Assembly (NCBI GenBank): GCA_976226885.1
Contig: OZ320314.1
Location: 119,908,001-119,972,000, forward strand
Direction: 5' to 3'
DNA from: Iphione sp. A-MEVVRFRX5
Taxonomy: Eukaryota
DNA length: 64,000 nt
Shown: in pieces, positions 50,301 to 60,263 of the stretch
How the letters are laid out: each line of letters starts with the position of its first letter
How positions within the stretch are numbered: the first letter of the stretch is position 1
Notes under the pieces: generated by a model
The model's database searches: none
The model's input: only the letters and a program-made list of their open reading frames with translations
Told to the model about the DNA's origin: nothing
Made by a program: the position numbers and the translations under genes

Positions 50301-52553
50301 AATTATACCATATGAAAGCTAATGATGTAAGGAACATCATTCATTATCAAGATATTGACTAAAATATATTAAACAAATTGCAATATCCTTAAAGTTAGAG
50401 TCAGTCAAGTTACTCTATACATCCATCCCACACAAATGTATCACACCCAAATCCATGGCAAAAAGCTTGAGGTATACCTGAATCCTGCCTCCTGAGTTTT
50501 AATCAGTTCATAAGTATAAGGGCTTTAATTCAATGGTTGTACACTAGGGGTTCTCCTGAGATACAGGCACTGCTCCAGCCAAGTCAACCAAATTGCTTAG
50601 CTAGCCTGAGTGGACCTCCTATCATAGTTACTCATGGGACTGCATCAGGTTTAACTAACCAGCCAGGTTCAAATTTATGACAACTGACTTGCATTATTCT
50701 GAAGTAGATTATTTCACATTAGCTACATTTCTCAACCATTTTCAACAAAATTCTAGATTGAATTTTTACAAAGTTTTAGATTGAATGTCACACAACTTGC
50801 AAGCTGTCTGCTTATAAGAAGGAATTATTCCAATATTAGTTATGTACCTTTCATCAGTCCATTTGACTAAGTCCCTGTCCTTGTCAAGAAACTCTATATC
50901 ATATTCATGTCCCAGGTAACACTGTTCTATGCATGTTATATAAATGTTGCAGTTTGGTTTGGTAAACAAAGTAACTTTTTTAAACATTTATGGAATGTTG
51001 CAATGCAGCATTAGGAAAATCCTTCTCAAAACGTACCTGGAAAAAGTTCAGCCTTGTAACTGTGGGATTGGAACCCACTATATATGAATCCATATCTAAC
51101 ACCTAAGCCACTATACGATCTTGACTTCTTTTTACATTATGTTGAAAAAAAAATTATCTATTGTCTGATGGAACTAAATGAGAATGTTCTAGAAACATTA
51201 CTAATCAAACAACAGCACTTCAGGAACATATTTTATTGTAACCTTGTTTACATACTCTGTGAATTTCCTTTCTTACCTAACTGAACCACAATCTTCTGGA
51301 AATGTTTTCCTCCAATGTTACCTGAATGCTATGATAGAACATTTTATATAATGTTGTGTGAGGGTTTTTTCCAGCTTAAGCAAACTAAAGCATTCTATAA
51401 ATAACTCATTCTCATATTACCTGAATATTATGATTTAATATATTTACAATGTTGTGTGAAGGTTTTTCTCAAATCTAACTAAACCCCAATGTTCTTTAAA
51501 CACTTCTTCATACTATGTGTTAGCTGGGGAGTATATTGACACATTTAGTACATAACACATTGACTCCACTTAAACATGGTTTTGACATTTTACATAATGT
51601 TTGACATCCTTTTCAAGCTCTGTTGAAGGGACATTAAGTAGGACAAAATATATCAGGTTATAATTATACATGTACTTTTCTTTGTGATTTATAGGTAAAG
51701 GAAGAACAAGAAGACACCTGGGCCACAAAAAAGGCTGGTATCAGGGATAGCTTGGTTTCATTAAAGGAAAAGGCACAAGCTGACAATGAGTATGCTAAGA
51801 TGAGTCGAGGAAACAGAAAAATGCTTGACTGTTTAGAGGTCATTGTGGAAAAGATCAGAGGTAATAGGTCCATTTCAAAATCTGGATTGAAGTGTTTGAT
51901 ATATAAATTAATGTGTGTTATCACTGGCTTCAGGTTACATCCTATACAAGGCATCTACAATAACTTTATTTTGTTAAAACTCAAAGACATTTAGTAATAT
52001 GTATATTGAACTTTCTGATTTGATAAAGCCTTAGGCCTATAAAAAATATGTGTTTCTGGTAACCTAACCAACCCTATTATAGGGGCAATTACAACTTTTT
52101 ATTTTTATTGTTTGTGGATATCTTGAAAATGAATATTGTAAGAGGTTTATACTGTGCCCCAGCTTCTTCCTTAGCTTTGCCATGATACCAGTTTCATTAT
52201 AATTTCAGCAGTGCAAGTGATACTACCATATGCATGTATTGCTTTTAGTATCAATTAACATTGAAAAAAAAAGACAATTAAAGAAATGACATCTACCAAC
52301 TGAATTTTTTTTTTTTTCAACTTCTTACCAGAAACCCAGATTTTGTTAAACCTAATTATAGCTATAATGCAAAGAATATGAATAATTCTGGTGTGAATTT
52401 TGTTTTTAAGATGATGAGGTGGCAAATGAAGTCTCAGATGAATGGAAGAGGATTGCATTTGTTCTGGACCGCTTCTTCTTCTGGGCTTTTTCTATCGCTA
52501 TTCTCATTGCAACTGTGTACATCTTTGCATCTGGGGGAGCATCCAAGGGTTAA
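32374..52553 (+). CDS. nAChR-like cassette B (exons 3-10, no own exons 1-2)
   Basis: Exons 32374-32418, 32906-33015, 45558-45762, 48791-48982, 49483-49633, 49902-50071, 51695-51860, 52411-52553. Same lengths (45/110/205/192/151/170/166/143) and phases as cassette A, GT-AG, no stops or frameshifts; Cys-loop CPMDTTNFPFDIQTC; ends ..ASGGASKG*. Confidence 0.88.
33446..33993 (+). repeat. 5' LTR (548 bp)
   Basis: TGTAAC...GCTACA; TATATAA at 33861-33867, AATAAA at 33945-33950; 8 differences from the 3' LTR. Confidence 0.95.
34003..34020 (+). promoter_or_regulatory. Primer-binding site, tRNA-His
   Basis: TGGTGCCGTGACCAGGAT is complementary to the invertebrate tRNA-His 3' end ATCCTGGTCACGGCA-CCA (recalled sequence). 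Confidence 0.85.
34043..34663 (+). pseudogene. Accessory ORF0 upstream of gag (206 codons, one in-frame TGA)
   Basis: Track ORFs 34043-34288 and 34313-34663 are the same frame, separated only by TGA 34286-34288; Arg-rich segment, PLDLS, C-terminal helix. Confidence 0.55.
34870..35049 (+). CDS. Small single-pass membrane protein ORF (59 aa) upstream of gag
   Basis: MDLTTLQFDSRS-VGYIIIMLLLAAVLMGVLGYLTC-RLVPGCGAPELVLVGKEPEPYALP*. Confidence 0.5.
   Translation: MDLTTLQFDSRSVGYIIIMLLLAAVLMGVLGYLTCRLVPGCGAPELVLVGKEPEPYALP
35069..36025 (+). CDS. gag: Gag polyprotein
   Basis: Capsid-like region (VPSFDG..FKPWL..KQRSDETI..F..GV) and two CCHC knuckles, CHCCGKQGHMAKNC and CYACKKFGHYQSQC. Confidence 0.92.
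   Translation: MAEPVGPAPMEVGPDLQRCFRGINQHLAKVTENLSIQGAKQSVPSFDGKPKSFKPWLKAIEHATIGYVVQPDGAVRFKQRLAQLTAEGLVADYIIRYIEEQDNRLRGDDPQVGEPPLTVVEWEQFREQLSRRFGEVIDPVHAKGLLRKCKQRSDETIYVYSERLLDLARDAFTAEEMRQAAVQQQLVEFFTDGVKNPKVARMIIREGPVDFVAAVACAGGETEVLRHISLRGRDDHTPMEVDAIDANRKRFQGTCHCCGKQGHMAKNCFAAKTKLKGQKEGAPQQPLQKVIKKVQCYACKKFGHYQSQCPNKTSATAT
36004..40343 (+). pseudogene. pol: Pol polyprotein (PR-RT-RNaseH-INT) with one frameshift at ~37264
   Basis: LLDTGAD protease; RT PWASP, MRFCVDYR, MPFGL, YIDD; RNase H LYTDAS; integrase HHCC (H..GHLG..C..C), D-D-E core (VDTCGP, SDNGTEF, KVER). A 1-nt deletion in TTT ATG GC ATG CCG splits it into ORFs 36031-37311 and 37266-40343. Confidence 0.93.
40369..42452 (+). 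CDS. env: Envelope class I (F-type) fusion glycoprotein, main exon; predicted leader exon 34745-34763
   Basis: Acceptor CTCTTTCCTCTGTTGCAG at 40368; signal h-region YVWVMMGLVLIRLVASG; furin site RSRAKR(R) (RAKR at 40812-40823); hydrophobic fusion peptide, heptad repeats, Cys-rich region, several N-x-S/T sites, C-terminal TM with CGCCYCCFC cluster. Confidence 0.88.
43762..43775 (+). promoter_or_regulatory. Polypurine tract
   Basis: AAGGAGGGGAGGGA directly before the 3' LTR. Confidence 0.9.
43776..44323 (+). repeat. 3' LTR (548 bp)
   Basis: Copy of 33446-33993 with 8 substitutions. Confidence 0.95.
46020..47590 (+). mobile_element. Decayed, 3'-truncated Gypsy element (LTR-gag-protease)
   Basis: LTR-like block with AATAAA at 46296 ending ..GCTACA at 46433; gag remnants KPEPFGG..HFHL..EKEK..RQRTGEDLPQLADEIVRLV*RAYP..FIQAM; protease WLVDTG at ~47543-47560. 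Left boundary approximate. Confidence 0.72.
47187..47260 (+). mobile_element. tRNA-derived SINE head or pseudo-tRNA
   Basis: A-box-like TAGCTCTGATGG at 47195-47206, CAT anticodon-like loop, B-box-like GGTTCAGTTCC at 47239-47249. Confidence 0.4.
47610..48000 (-). mobile_element. Penelope-like RT core fragment
   Basis: FYHVRVHK..SRPVISANGCCT..SAYVDQFL and TAMVTRVAPSYANLLMSNLEE..SYGDI..EELDKLIEKL match PLE RT motifs RPIIS, GTAMGTxxAPSYANLFM and YIDD. Confidence 0.75.
48136..48293. mobile_element. MITE with CAGGCCCGTAGCCA TIR and 5-bp TSD
   Basis: CAGGCCCGTAGCCA ... TGGCTGCGGGCCTA; TGTAT at 48131-48135 and 48294-48298; same family as 6277-6615. Confidence 0.72.
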
Positions 52554-53000
52554 TTAGCAAGCATTCTTCATACTGTAAACATGAAAAAGATTTATAGGGT
52601 TTAAACAACATATGTCAGGATCTTTTAGCAACCCGTCATGCAAATAAGTATGGGTATTATTCTTGATACATATTCTTTGATCCTGTGAGACTTTTTCTTA
52701 GTCATTTGCACATGTTATTCTTAATGCATATCATTTGACCCTGTGAGATCTATATTCAGTTATTTGTCTGTGTGTGTACTTCCATTAGATATACCTATCA
52801 GGTTTTCTCTTTGGTGCTGGTTTATTTGCCTATTCTGAGAATATATCTCACCTATTTCAGAGCAGTATTTAGAAAGGGTGTTAGAAGAGGCAGGATACTA
52901 ATGAATTGTAATGTGTGTCATATCCATACGATATACATGTGTAGTGTTTCACATATTCCTGTCCATATACTTTGGAGTGAAATTCTGTTCTCCTTATTGC

Positions 53001-53006
53001 AATAAA
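53001..53006 (+). terminator. Poly(A) signal of cassette B
   Basis: AATAAA in the same conserved context as 30440. Confidence 0.6.
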
Positions 53007-53624
53007 GTGAATCTCTATCTTGTTTTTGAGACAATTGTTACCTTATCTTGACAACCTAAGACTAACATTTACAACATGCATTTCCAGTAATAGAGAAATA
53101 ATTAGCATCCCTAATTGCCCAATCATATTTCAAACATACACTATGTTACTGATACTGATTTATTAAACATTGACAGATTTATTACACAACTCAAAGCCTC
53201 AGCCTGATACTAAATTTTAAAGGGTGTCCCATAATGTTATTGTTGTTACTCTGGTATAATTAAGTTTTCGTGTAAATCATATATGAATTTGTATGATAAT
53301 ATATCCATATATCTTATACATACATCAAACCATGCAGGAGAAGGCCAACTTTGAAACACATCTCCACTAGGAACATGGCCCTAATGTAGACACTTACTGA
53401 TACACCATACAAATCATTATGTTTTATTATGTTAACGGGTAGATACAGAATATAGATGTTAAATAAATAACACTTTCAATTAACAGCTGTACATAAACCT
53501 ATACTCCTGGATATAAAAAGTCATTAACTTATTTTTGTAAACACCAATATAGTGTTTGAATAGTGTAAGAAGCCTACATACAGATCTAGTAATACATTTT
53601 ATAATTTGAATTTGTTTGTTTGAA

Positions 53625-54650
53625 CAGGGTGATGTTGGTGAGCCTCTCTGATGATCTGTGACTCCCAGCATTATCACACAGGGAGAATGTAGTGATGACC
53701 CTGTGCTTTAGCCCTGTTGTGCATCATCGGCAAGAAATCTCCCCGCAGGAGGGAAGTCATCCAGGCCTTTGTGTTGTGCTTTTCATACACATACATTCCA
53801 CAGTCAAATGTCTTCCTGAAGCATTTCCAATCAGGAAAGGCCTTAGCTTTTCGGTCCCAGTACCATTACACCATAGAGCAACTGTACTTTCTTTCCACCT
53901 CTTCTCTCCCTTAACTGGCACAGTTGTGAGGCTAGCTGTTGACTTGAGCTTATAGAAAAGCCCTGTCTCATTGCTATTGTATATATCTTTTGGGTCTCAA
54001 CCCTAGAGTTTGTCTTTGATTGAAGAGCAGCCATCAGAGACAACAGAGGGGTCAACTGACATAGCTTCTCCATGTTGTCTGTATGGTTTTATGTTACTGG
54101 CAATACTTGAACTGACTCTGCCACCCATGACTGTAGGAGAATGCTTGGAGATTGAGCTGTTCCCTGAGTTGCTTGGCCTTCTCATTGAGCACCTCATCAC
54201 TTAGAACTACTCCTCTGCTGTACATATAATGAGCCGATCACGAGCAATGGATGAAGCGGGTAGTGCAGACGTAATTTTTACTAATTGTTATGTCACAGTG
54301 GGAATTGACCAATCAAATGGCTTCAAATTGCAACAATGTCACAGTTACATAAAAATTGCAGCTGCACTACCCAATTCTTCCACTGCTGGCGATCGGCTCA
54401 TTGACCCAAATCAATAGGACATGCTCCAGTTTAGCCTAAATCAGACATCTGGAATGACAGAGGTTGCCCTCCTCAGTTGAGAGAGACAGCCAGTGCTCAG
54501 ATCTCTTGAGGATGTCAGACGTGGTTGACTCTGGCAGTGAAAAACCCTCCTTGGAGGAGAAGGTCTGCCTCAAGGTGCGCTGCAAACATCTTGGATAGGC
54601 CACCGTGTACTTGCATAGTTCTCTCTTCTGGATGTTAGTAATGCAGATTG
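53625..54650 (-). pseudogene. pogo/Tigger (CENP-B-like) transposase remnant
   Basis: ELCKY...STTSDILK (HTH), LSDEVLNEKAKQL...YSHGW (CENP-B HTH), DIYNSNETGLFYK, CNGTGTEKL, KAWMTS, DNAGSH; multiple stops and frameshifts. Confidence 0.8.
54231..54399. mobile_element. MITE inserted in the pogo remnant
   Basis: Imperfect ~38-bp TIR: GAGCCGATC..AGCAATGGA..GGGTAGTGCAG versus CTGCACTACCC..TCCACTGCT..GATCGGCTC. Confidence 0.65.
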
Positions 54651-55399
54651 GGCAACACTTGCTTGATGCTTGAGAAATATCAAATGTTGTGCTGTGAATC
54701 ATGCAGATCTTTCTCCTGCCTTCCCACCGCCTCTCTGTGTTGGCCCAAGCACTATCCGTTTGATTACCAGATGCAGAGAGACCCGCTATCACCAGCTGTC
54801 CCCCTCTATTGGCTAAATGCTTAAGAAGTCACAGCTGACTGTAGCTAATGCCTGCTTATTAAATAGATATTCCCTTGCCTATTGGATGCCCTGCTTTACG
54901 CACCTACATAATATTCCCACTATCTCCCTGCCTGCCAACTTTGTTATTATGCCACGTCCAGTAAAAAACCATCATTTCTATCATAGTTTAGTTTAGAATG
55001 CACTGAAATCTAGTCCAGTTATGGGTAATAATCAGTACAAAATTTAACAAAAATAAATTCATACCTTCAGGTCTAGGGCCAGTTGATGTGGTATTCAAGT
55101 TGATGGGGATTTGGATGGCAACATACAACTGTAAATGGAAATATGACATATACGTTTGCCATGTATATACTAAATGGAAATATTTATACAGGAAGGTCTA
55201 CTACATCAGGATATACTCAGCTAGGAATCTGCATTGGACAAAACATTTAACAGGGGTAGTAAAATCTAAATGTGACACATCACATCATGGGAATTAAATT
55301 GAGAAGGCTACCTTTACTTATAGGAGTAAGACTAAAGTTATACCTTCAGACAAAACACATTGTTGATGTTGATATTACAATTTTGGATTATGTCACATT

Positions 55400-55820
55400 A
55401 CAAGAATAATGGAAACCGGGTTGCCTGTAGCTCCTTCTACCTGAATACATTACGTTATCAACCCATGGAATCCCCAGCTTGTCTGGCAGTACTCAGACAG
55501 GTAGATATGGCCCAGTTTGCAATTCCACATGACAACATTGGTTTACCATCATCTGAAGACTGACTTTTATCAGTTGCCAACACACCAAACAGGACTGCTA
55601 CATAGTAGAACAGGTGGGTCAGAACAAGAGTTCTAAAGAGTACAAGCCTCATATGCAATTGAAGAAAGCCTTTCACCCTGCTTATTCTGAGGGAGGTCTA
55701 CTGCGCTGCTTATTCTGAGGGAGGTCCACCATAGTATCTGTGAGAGATGTTTTATGGGCTTTTTCATTATGAGTTTGCTGTGTATAGTGTGACCCAACAG
55801 CTTGTAGCAGTTCACAAGTG
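55400..55820 (-). mobile_element. CR1/L2-type LINE fragment related to the 60-kb LINE
   Basis: YKLLGHTIHSKL and LHMRLVLFRTLVLTHLFYYVAVLFG resemble LDVRARLFKALVLPHLQYGAAVLYG of the 60474 ORF. Confidence 0.65.
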
Positions 55821-57388
55821 ACAGTTTTCTATTTGCAATTTCAAGGCTGAGACCAAACCCAATTGCTTTTTACTATATGTAGAAGTTAATTATTATTAAC
55901 AAAATGTCTTAGAAAAAAATGTGTTGAAACTGAACACTTCTTTTACAGTGAATACGCCTTTTATTGTCAATGAAATAAAAAAGTATAGGAAGATATCCAG
56001 GATAGGAATGGACCACAGGAAAAGAACCAAGGGTGTCTGGATTAGGAACCTTATACTGTAACATGATATATGGAGTATGCAACATGTTTATAGTGTATGT
56101 GTATTATAGAGAATGTTTCTATACAATTACCCAAAATTCACCTTTATCCCTCCAAAGCAGAAAGTTATTAGCCTTATAATTCCTTATTTAAACATAGCCA
56201 TTGATGATGATACTAAAGACTTAGATTTCTCTGGTTTTACCTAGAGAATATTGGGATCTTGTTAGTGTGTGGTGTTAGAGGATTGTTATAAGATATGTAT
56301 TACAGTTGCCTCCGCCTAAAGTGACCACCTAAGGGACTGAGGAAAAGTGGTCGCCTAAGGCGACTGGTCTCCTAAGCCATTGGTTATTCCTCCTACTTAA
56401 TATCATTTGTTCTTTGAAATACTGGTCACACTGGCTGACTGGTCGCCCTAGCCAACTGGTCGCAGGGTGAGAGTCATCTGTATTAGATGTCATGTTAGAT
56501 ATTTTTGCTTGAAGAACATTTGTTATGAATTTGTCTCTCGATAAGTGTACATGTAGATAAATCAGGAAGGATATTTGCTATGCTGTTCATTGGTTAGCCC
56601 ATTGGGCAGACAATATCATATTTCAGGGGTGAACTGCCATTTATCTACAGTTGCCTGTAAACACAGGAAAAATAAAGATAGAGACAACTGACTAAATGAG
56701 GAAAACTGTCTACTTAGTACCCAATAAATTGAAATTACAAATCTGACTCAAGTTATGTTGTACATCAAAATGTCCACTCAGTGGGAAGCAGTCAAAAGGA
56801 ATTTTTAAATGACTGAACAGTAGGCTGTATATGAAAATGAGAGAAAACAGAAAGACACAAAAAGGCTAAAAACCATCAGTTAACTTCACCAATGAAAGGT
56901 CCAAATGTCAAATGGTTCCTCTTTGGGGGAAATAAAAGATATTCTCTCCTAGAGTCAGAAAAATGCTGTACGGAAGAGAGAGGTGTGAGAAAACAGCAGA
57001 TGGTAATAAGCAAAAGATACTCTCTATACATACAGTAGTTAATGGTTGAAAATTAAAAAATAATACACAAAAAAAATTAAAAGAAAAGAGAGACATCTTG
57101 AAAATTTAACCATGAATTTATAGCCTTTGTTCTGTCCTTCATACATATATAATGTGAGGTGTTATTAGAAGGTTGTCCAGAATGAGGGGTTCTACCATAA
57201 ATAAATTTTCAAATGTCAGTCACCATTATTATATAGGCTGACCACAGCAGCAGGATAACAACCTCTCTTGAAAAAGCTTTTCTGGTCAATTCTATGGACA
57301 AGTTGTCTAAATGTCAATAATTACCTCTCTTCATGTAATTGCTTGGAAATAGCCCCAGTGTAACAACAGTTTATTTTTTTCCTTTAAG

Positions 57389-58020
57389 AATGAGAGGGAA
57401 CAGTCTGTGACTATGGCGGGTACTTTTGCTTTTGTAAGTATGCTTTTTTAATGTACACGCATTCCAAATTTTTTGCTTCACTATACTTTATATTTAGTGT
57501 AATTATTGTAAAGTAGTTTGAAAAGAGAGAGCTGCATAGTGCTTGCATTGCTTTAAGAGTGCCTACCACAGCTCTATGTACTATGTAAAGAATAAATGAT
57601 TCATACTATGAGCATATACCATATACACAGAGTTTATGTGAGATGATGTTAATTAGTGAGGAGTGGGAGATCTAGTGGGATTAGTGGGAGATCTATTTAC
57701 ATGTTTCCTGATACACCTTACCTGACCTTCACTGTAAAAGGCAGTAATGCAAAAACGGTTTCAAATTTCCCTAGTGTATGGATTCTATGCTTCTACACAT
57801 CATATTATGGCTGAACAATTGCAAGTCCGATATTCAGATTAATGATAACAAGTTCTATGTTTGATTAACAGAATTAAGTTTATTATGGAGTACATTCTCT
57901 TCCACAAAAGGTTTGGAATGATCCTAAACTAAGTTGGAATCCAGCTGAATTTGATAATGTAGCTAAGATCACCATGGATCCTAAACGACATTGGAAGCCT
58001 GCAGTCGGAATATACAACAG
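57389..58020 (+). CDS. nAChR-like cassette C, exons 3-4 (rest presumably beyond the window)
   Basis: Exon 57389-57433 (NEREQSVTMAGTFAF, 45 nt) and exon 57911-58020 (VWNDPKLSWNPAEFDNVAKITMDPKRHWKPAVGIYN, 110 nt); GT-AG, intact. Confidence 0.85.
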
Positions 58021-58084
58021 GTAATTATGAGTAGACAAAGTATTACTCTCATATTTATATGAACACTCACTCATCTATCATCTA

Positions 58085-58710
58085 CAGTGTGACGTCCGTT
58101 CATGGACACGTCTGGGATGTGGACATGTCCCAAATGCAGATGATTTGAAAAAGAACCAAACTGTTTCCTACAGTTAAGCATTGTAAGGGCACATCTATAA
58201 TCAGGGCACCCATTTTAGGGAAGTGGCCCCCTACAGACACTGTTGTCATGCTAATTTGGGGCCTCCCAGACCCCCTGACACCCTCAAAGAGTAGGATTTC
58301 ACGGAAATTTGGGGCTCCAGGGAGACTCCAGAAGTCATTTTCAAAGAAAAAGATGAATAAACTATGTGGATGAGGTGTTGTCGCGCGAATTTGGGGCTCC
58401 AGAGGCAGCAGAGAGGTCTCAGAAGTCATTTTCAAAGCCCCCCTGTATTCAGTACTTTTAGGACTCTTAATCGTCAAATTCAGTACTGTTAGGACTCTTA
58501 CTCGTCAAATTCAGCACTTTTAGGACTCTTACTCATCAAATTCAGCACTTTTTGTGCTTATTTTGCCTATTTATGCCATAATATATGTTCTCTATTGATT
58601 GACATTACCCCCAAGTTATATCCTACTACCAGAACTACAAAGTGGCCACGTCTGAAATGCGGATGATTTGAGGCAGATCCTATAGTGTCCAGAATCGGGA
58701 CGTCACACTG
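58085..58710. mobile_element. Tc1/mariner-type MITE with internal tandem repeats
   Basis: TIR CAGTGTGACGTCC...GGACGTCACACTG, TA duplications, internal 31-bp repeats at ~58450-58550. Confidence 0.8.
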
Positions 58711-60263
58711 TATACTGTAAAGGAGTTGGTATGGTAGTGCTACTAGAAGAAGTAGTACACTTGTACTTCCAGGGGAGGTCATTGGGTGCACAACTGTAGC
58801 ACCATGGGCACCTCTTCCATCTTGTTACAAAGTATCAAGTTTGGGGTCGACCAGGTGCAAGACTGTGGCACCACTACAGAAGGGCTCTTCCATATAAGGT
58901 CTGGCAATGTCCATAAAAGGGAGGTATCCCCAGAGTTGTGGCACCACTGTCACCCATGGTTGAGATAATGTTACTATATGTCCTACCTCCTAGCTCCTTC
59001 TGATTAATCATGGCAGTGGCACCACTTTGTATTGGTTTGAGAGAGTATGATCGGTCAAAACTGTGGGTACTTGGATACACTGTATCTAAAACATTCTATT
59101 CTGGAGTTAAATGGTTACAATGTGACAAATATGTGGGATACTGATTGGACACATTTGTTTTTGGTCATGCAACCACAGTTCTGCTATATCCAATAAAACA
59201 GACTTGAAACTGGGACTCAAGAGTCATTGTGCTTTATAGAACTCACTTAAAACTACAATATTCATATGTACATGTTTATCTCAGGCTTTAAATATGGTTT
59301 CAAGTGGAGGGTGTTGTAGATTAATCATGATGACCAAGGGAAAGGACAAAGTCCTTTCCTGAGGTCAGAGTGAATAATTTACCAACCTTAACAAAATACA
59401 TATTTAAATGGAGTTTTTCATGATAATTTAGTTAGGAAAGTACCTGTTTGAATGACTTGAGTTGTTCTATTTTAGCTCTATGCTATCTGTTATGCTGTAT
59501 GATGACATGAAAATGGGTATTTTGTTACTTCCAGCTTAGTCAGTATGCATAGGCCATACAACCTTTTCAAAGTTCATTCTAATAATTATTTTCATGAGCT
59601 ACTTGTCTAAGATATATACAGTTAACAGTCACATGAAGACCAATCCACAGGGGAGACCAATTCAGGAGAGAGTCCATAATCATCTAGTCCCATACTGTAT
59701 TTCTATACTAGTAATCAACTCACAGGGAGACCAACTCAGGGAAGAGACTAAAATTATGCAGTCCCAGGCTTAGTCTCCTACCTGAGTTTCAACTGTGTAT
59801 GTACATGTTTATCTTAGCATTTATGTATGGTTCCTAGTGAAAGGTGTGGTAGATTAATCATGATGACCAAGGGAAAAAACAAAGTCCTATCCTGACGTAA
59901 AAGTAATTGAATTACTTAACCATTTGCAGGAATACATACTCAAATGTCGCTCTCACATGGTTTTTCATGATAATTTAGTTAAAATAAAATCGTTTGAGTT
60001 TGCAAATTGGATGATTGTGACTTCCAGTTTAGTATGCATATTGTAATATTTTGTAATATTGCGAGATAATTATTGTTAATCATTACTGTAAAAAAAGGTG
60101 TTCAAGATGGGGGCCAGAGTGCCCAGAGTGTAATATGTACAGTGATATGGTGGGGATAGCATTTCCCAGTATTTCCATGGTGTTCCTCAGGTATTGCGGA
60201 GGAGTAATGTTGACTATAAATAGAGCTGAGTTGTTTTTGTTGTTGCCATTTGTCTGTTAGCTG

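Noticed and set aside
58720-59090. Minus segment VPQLWGYLPFMDIARPYMEEPFC
   Set aside because: Coding-like but unrecognised, and interrupted by stops.
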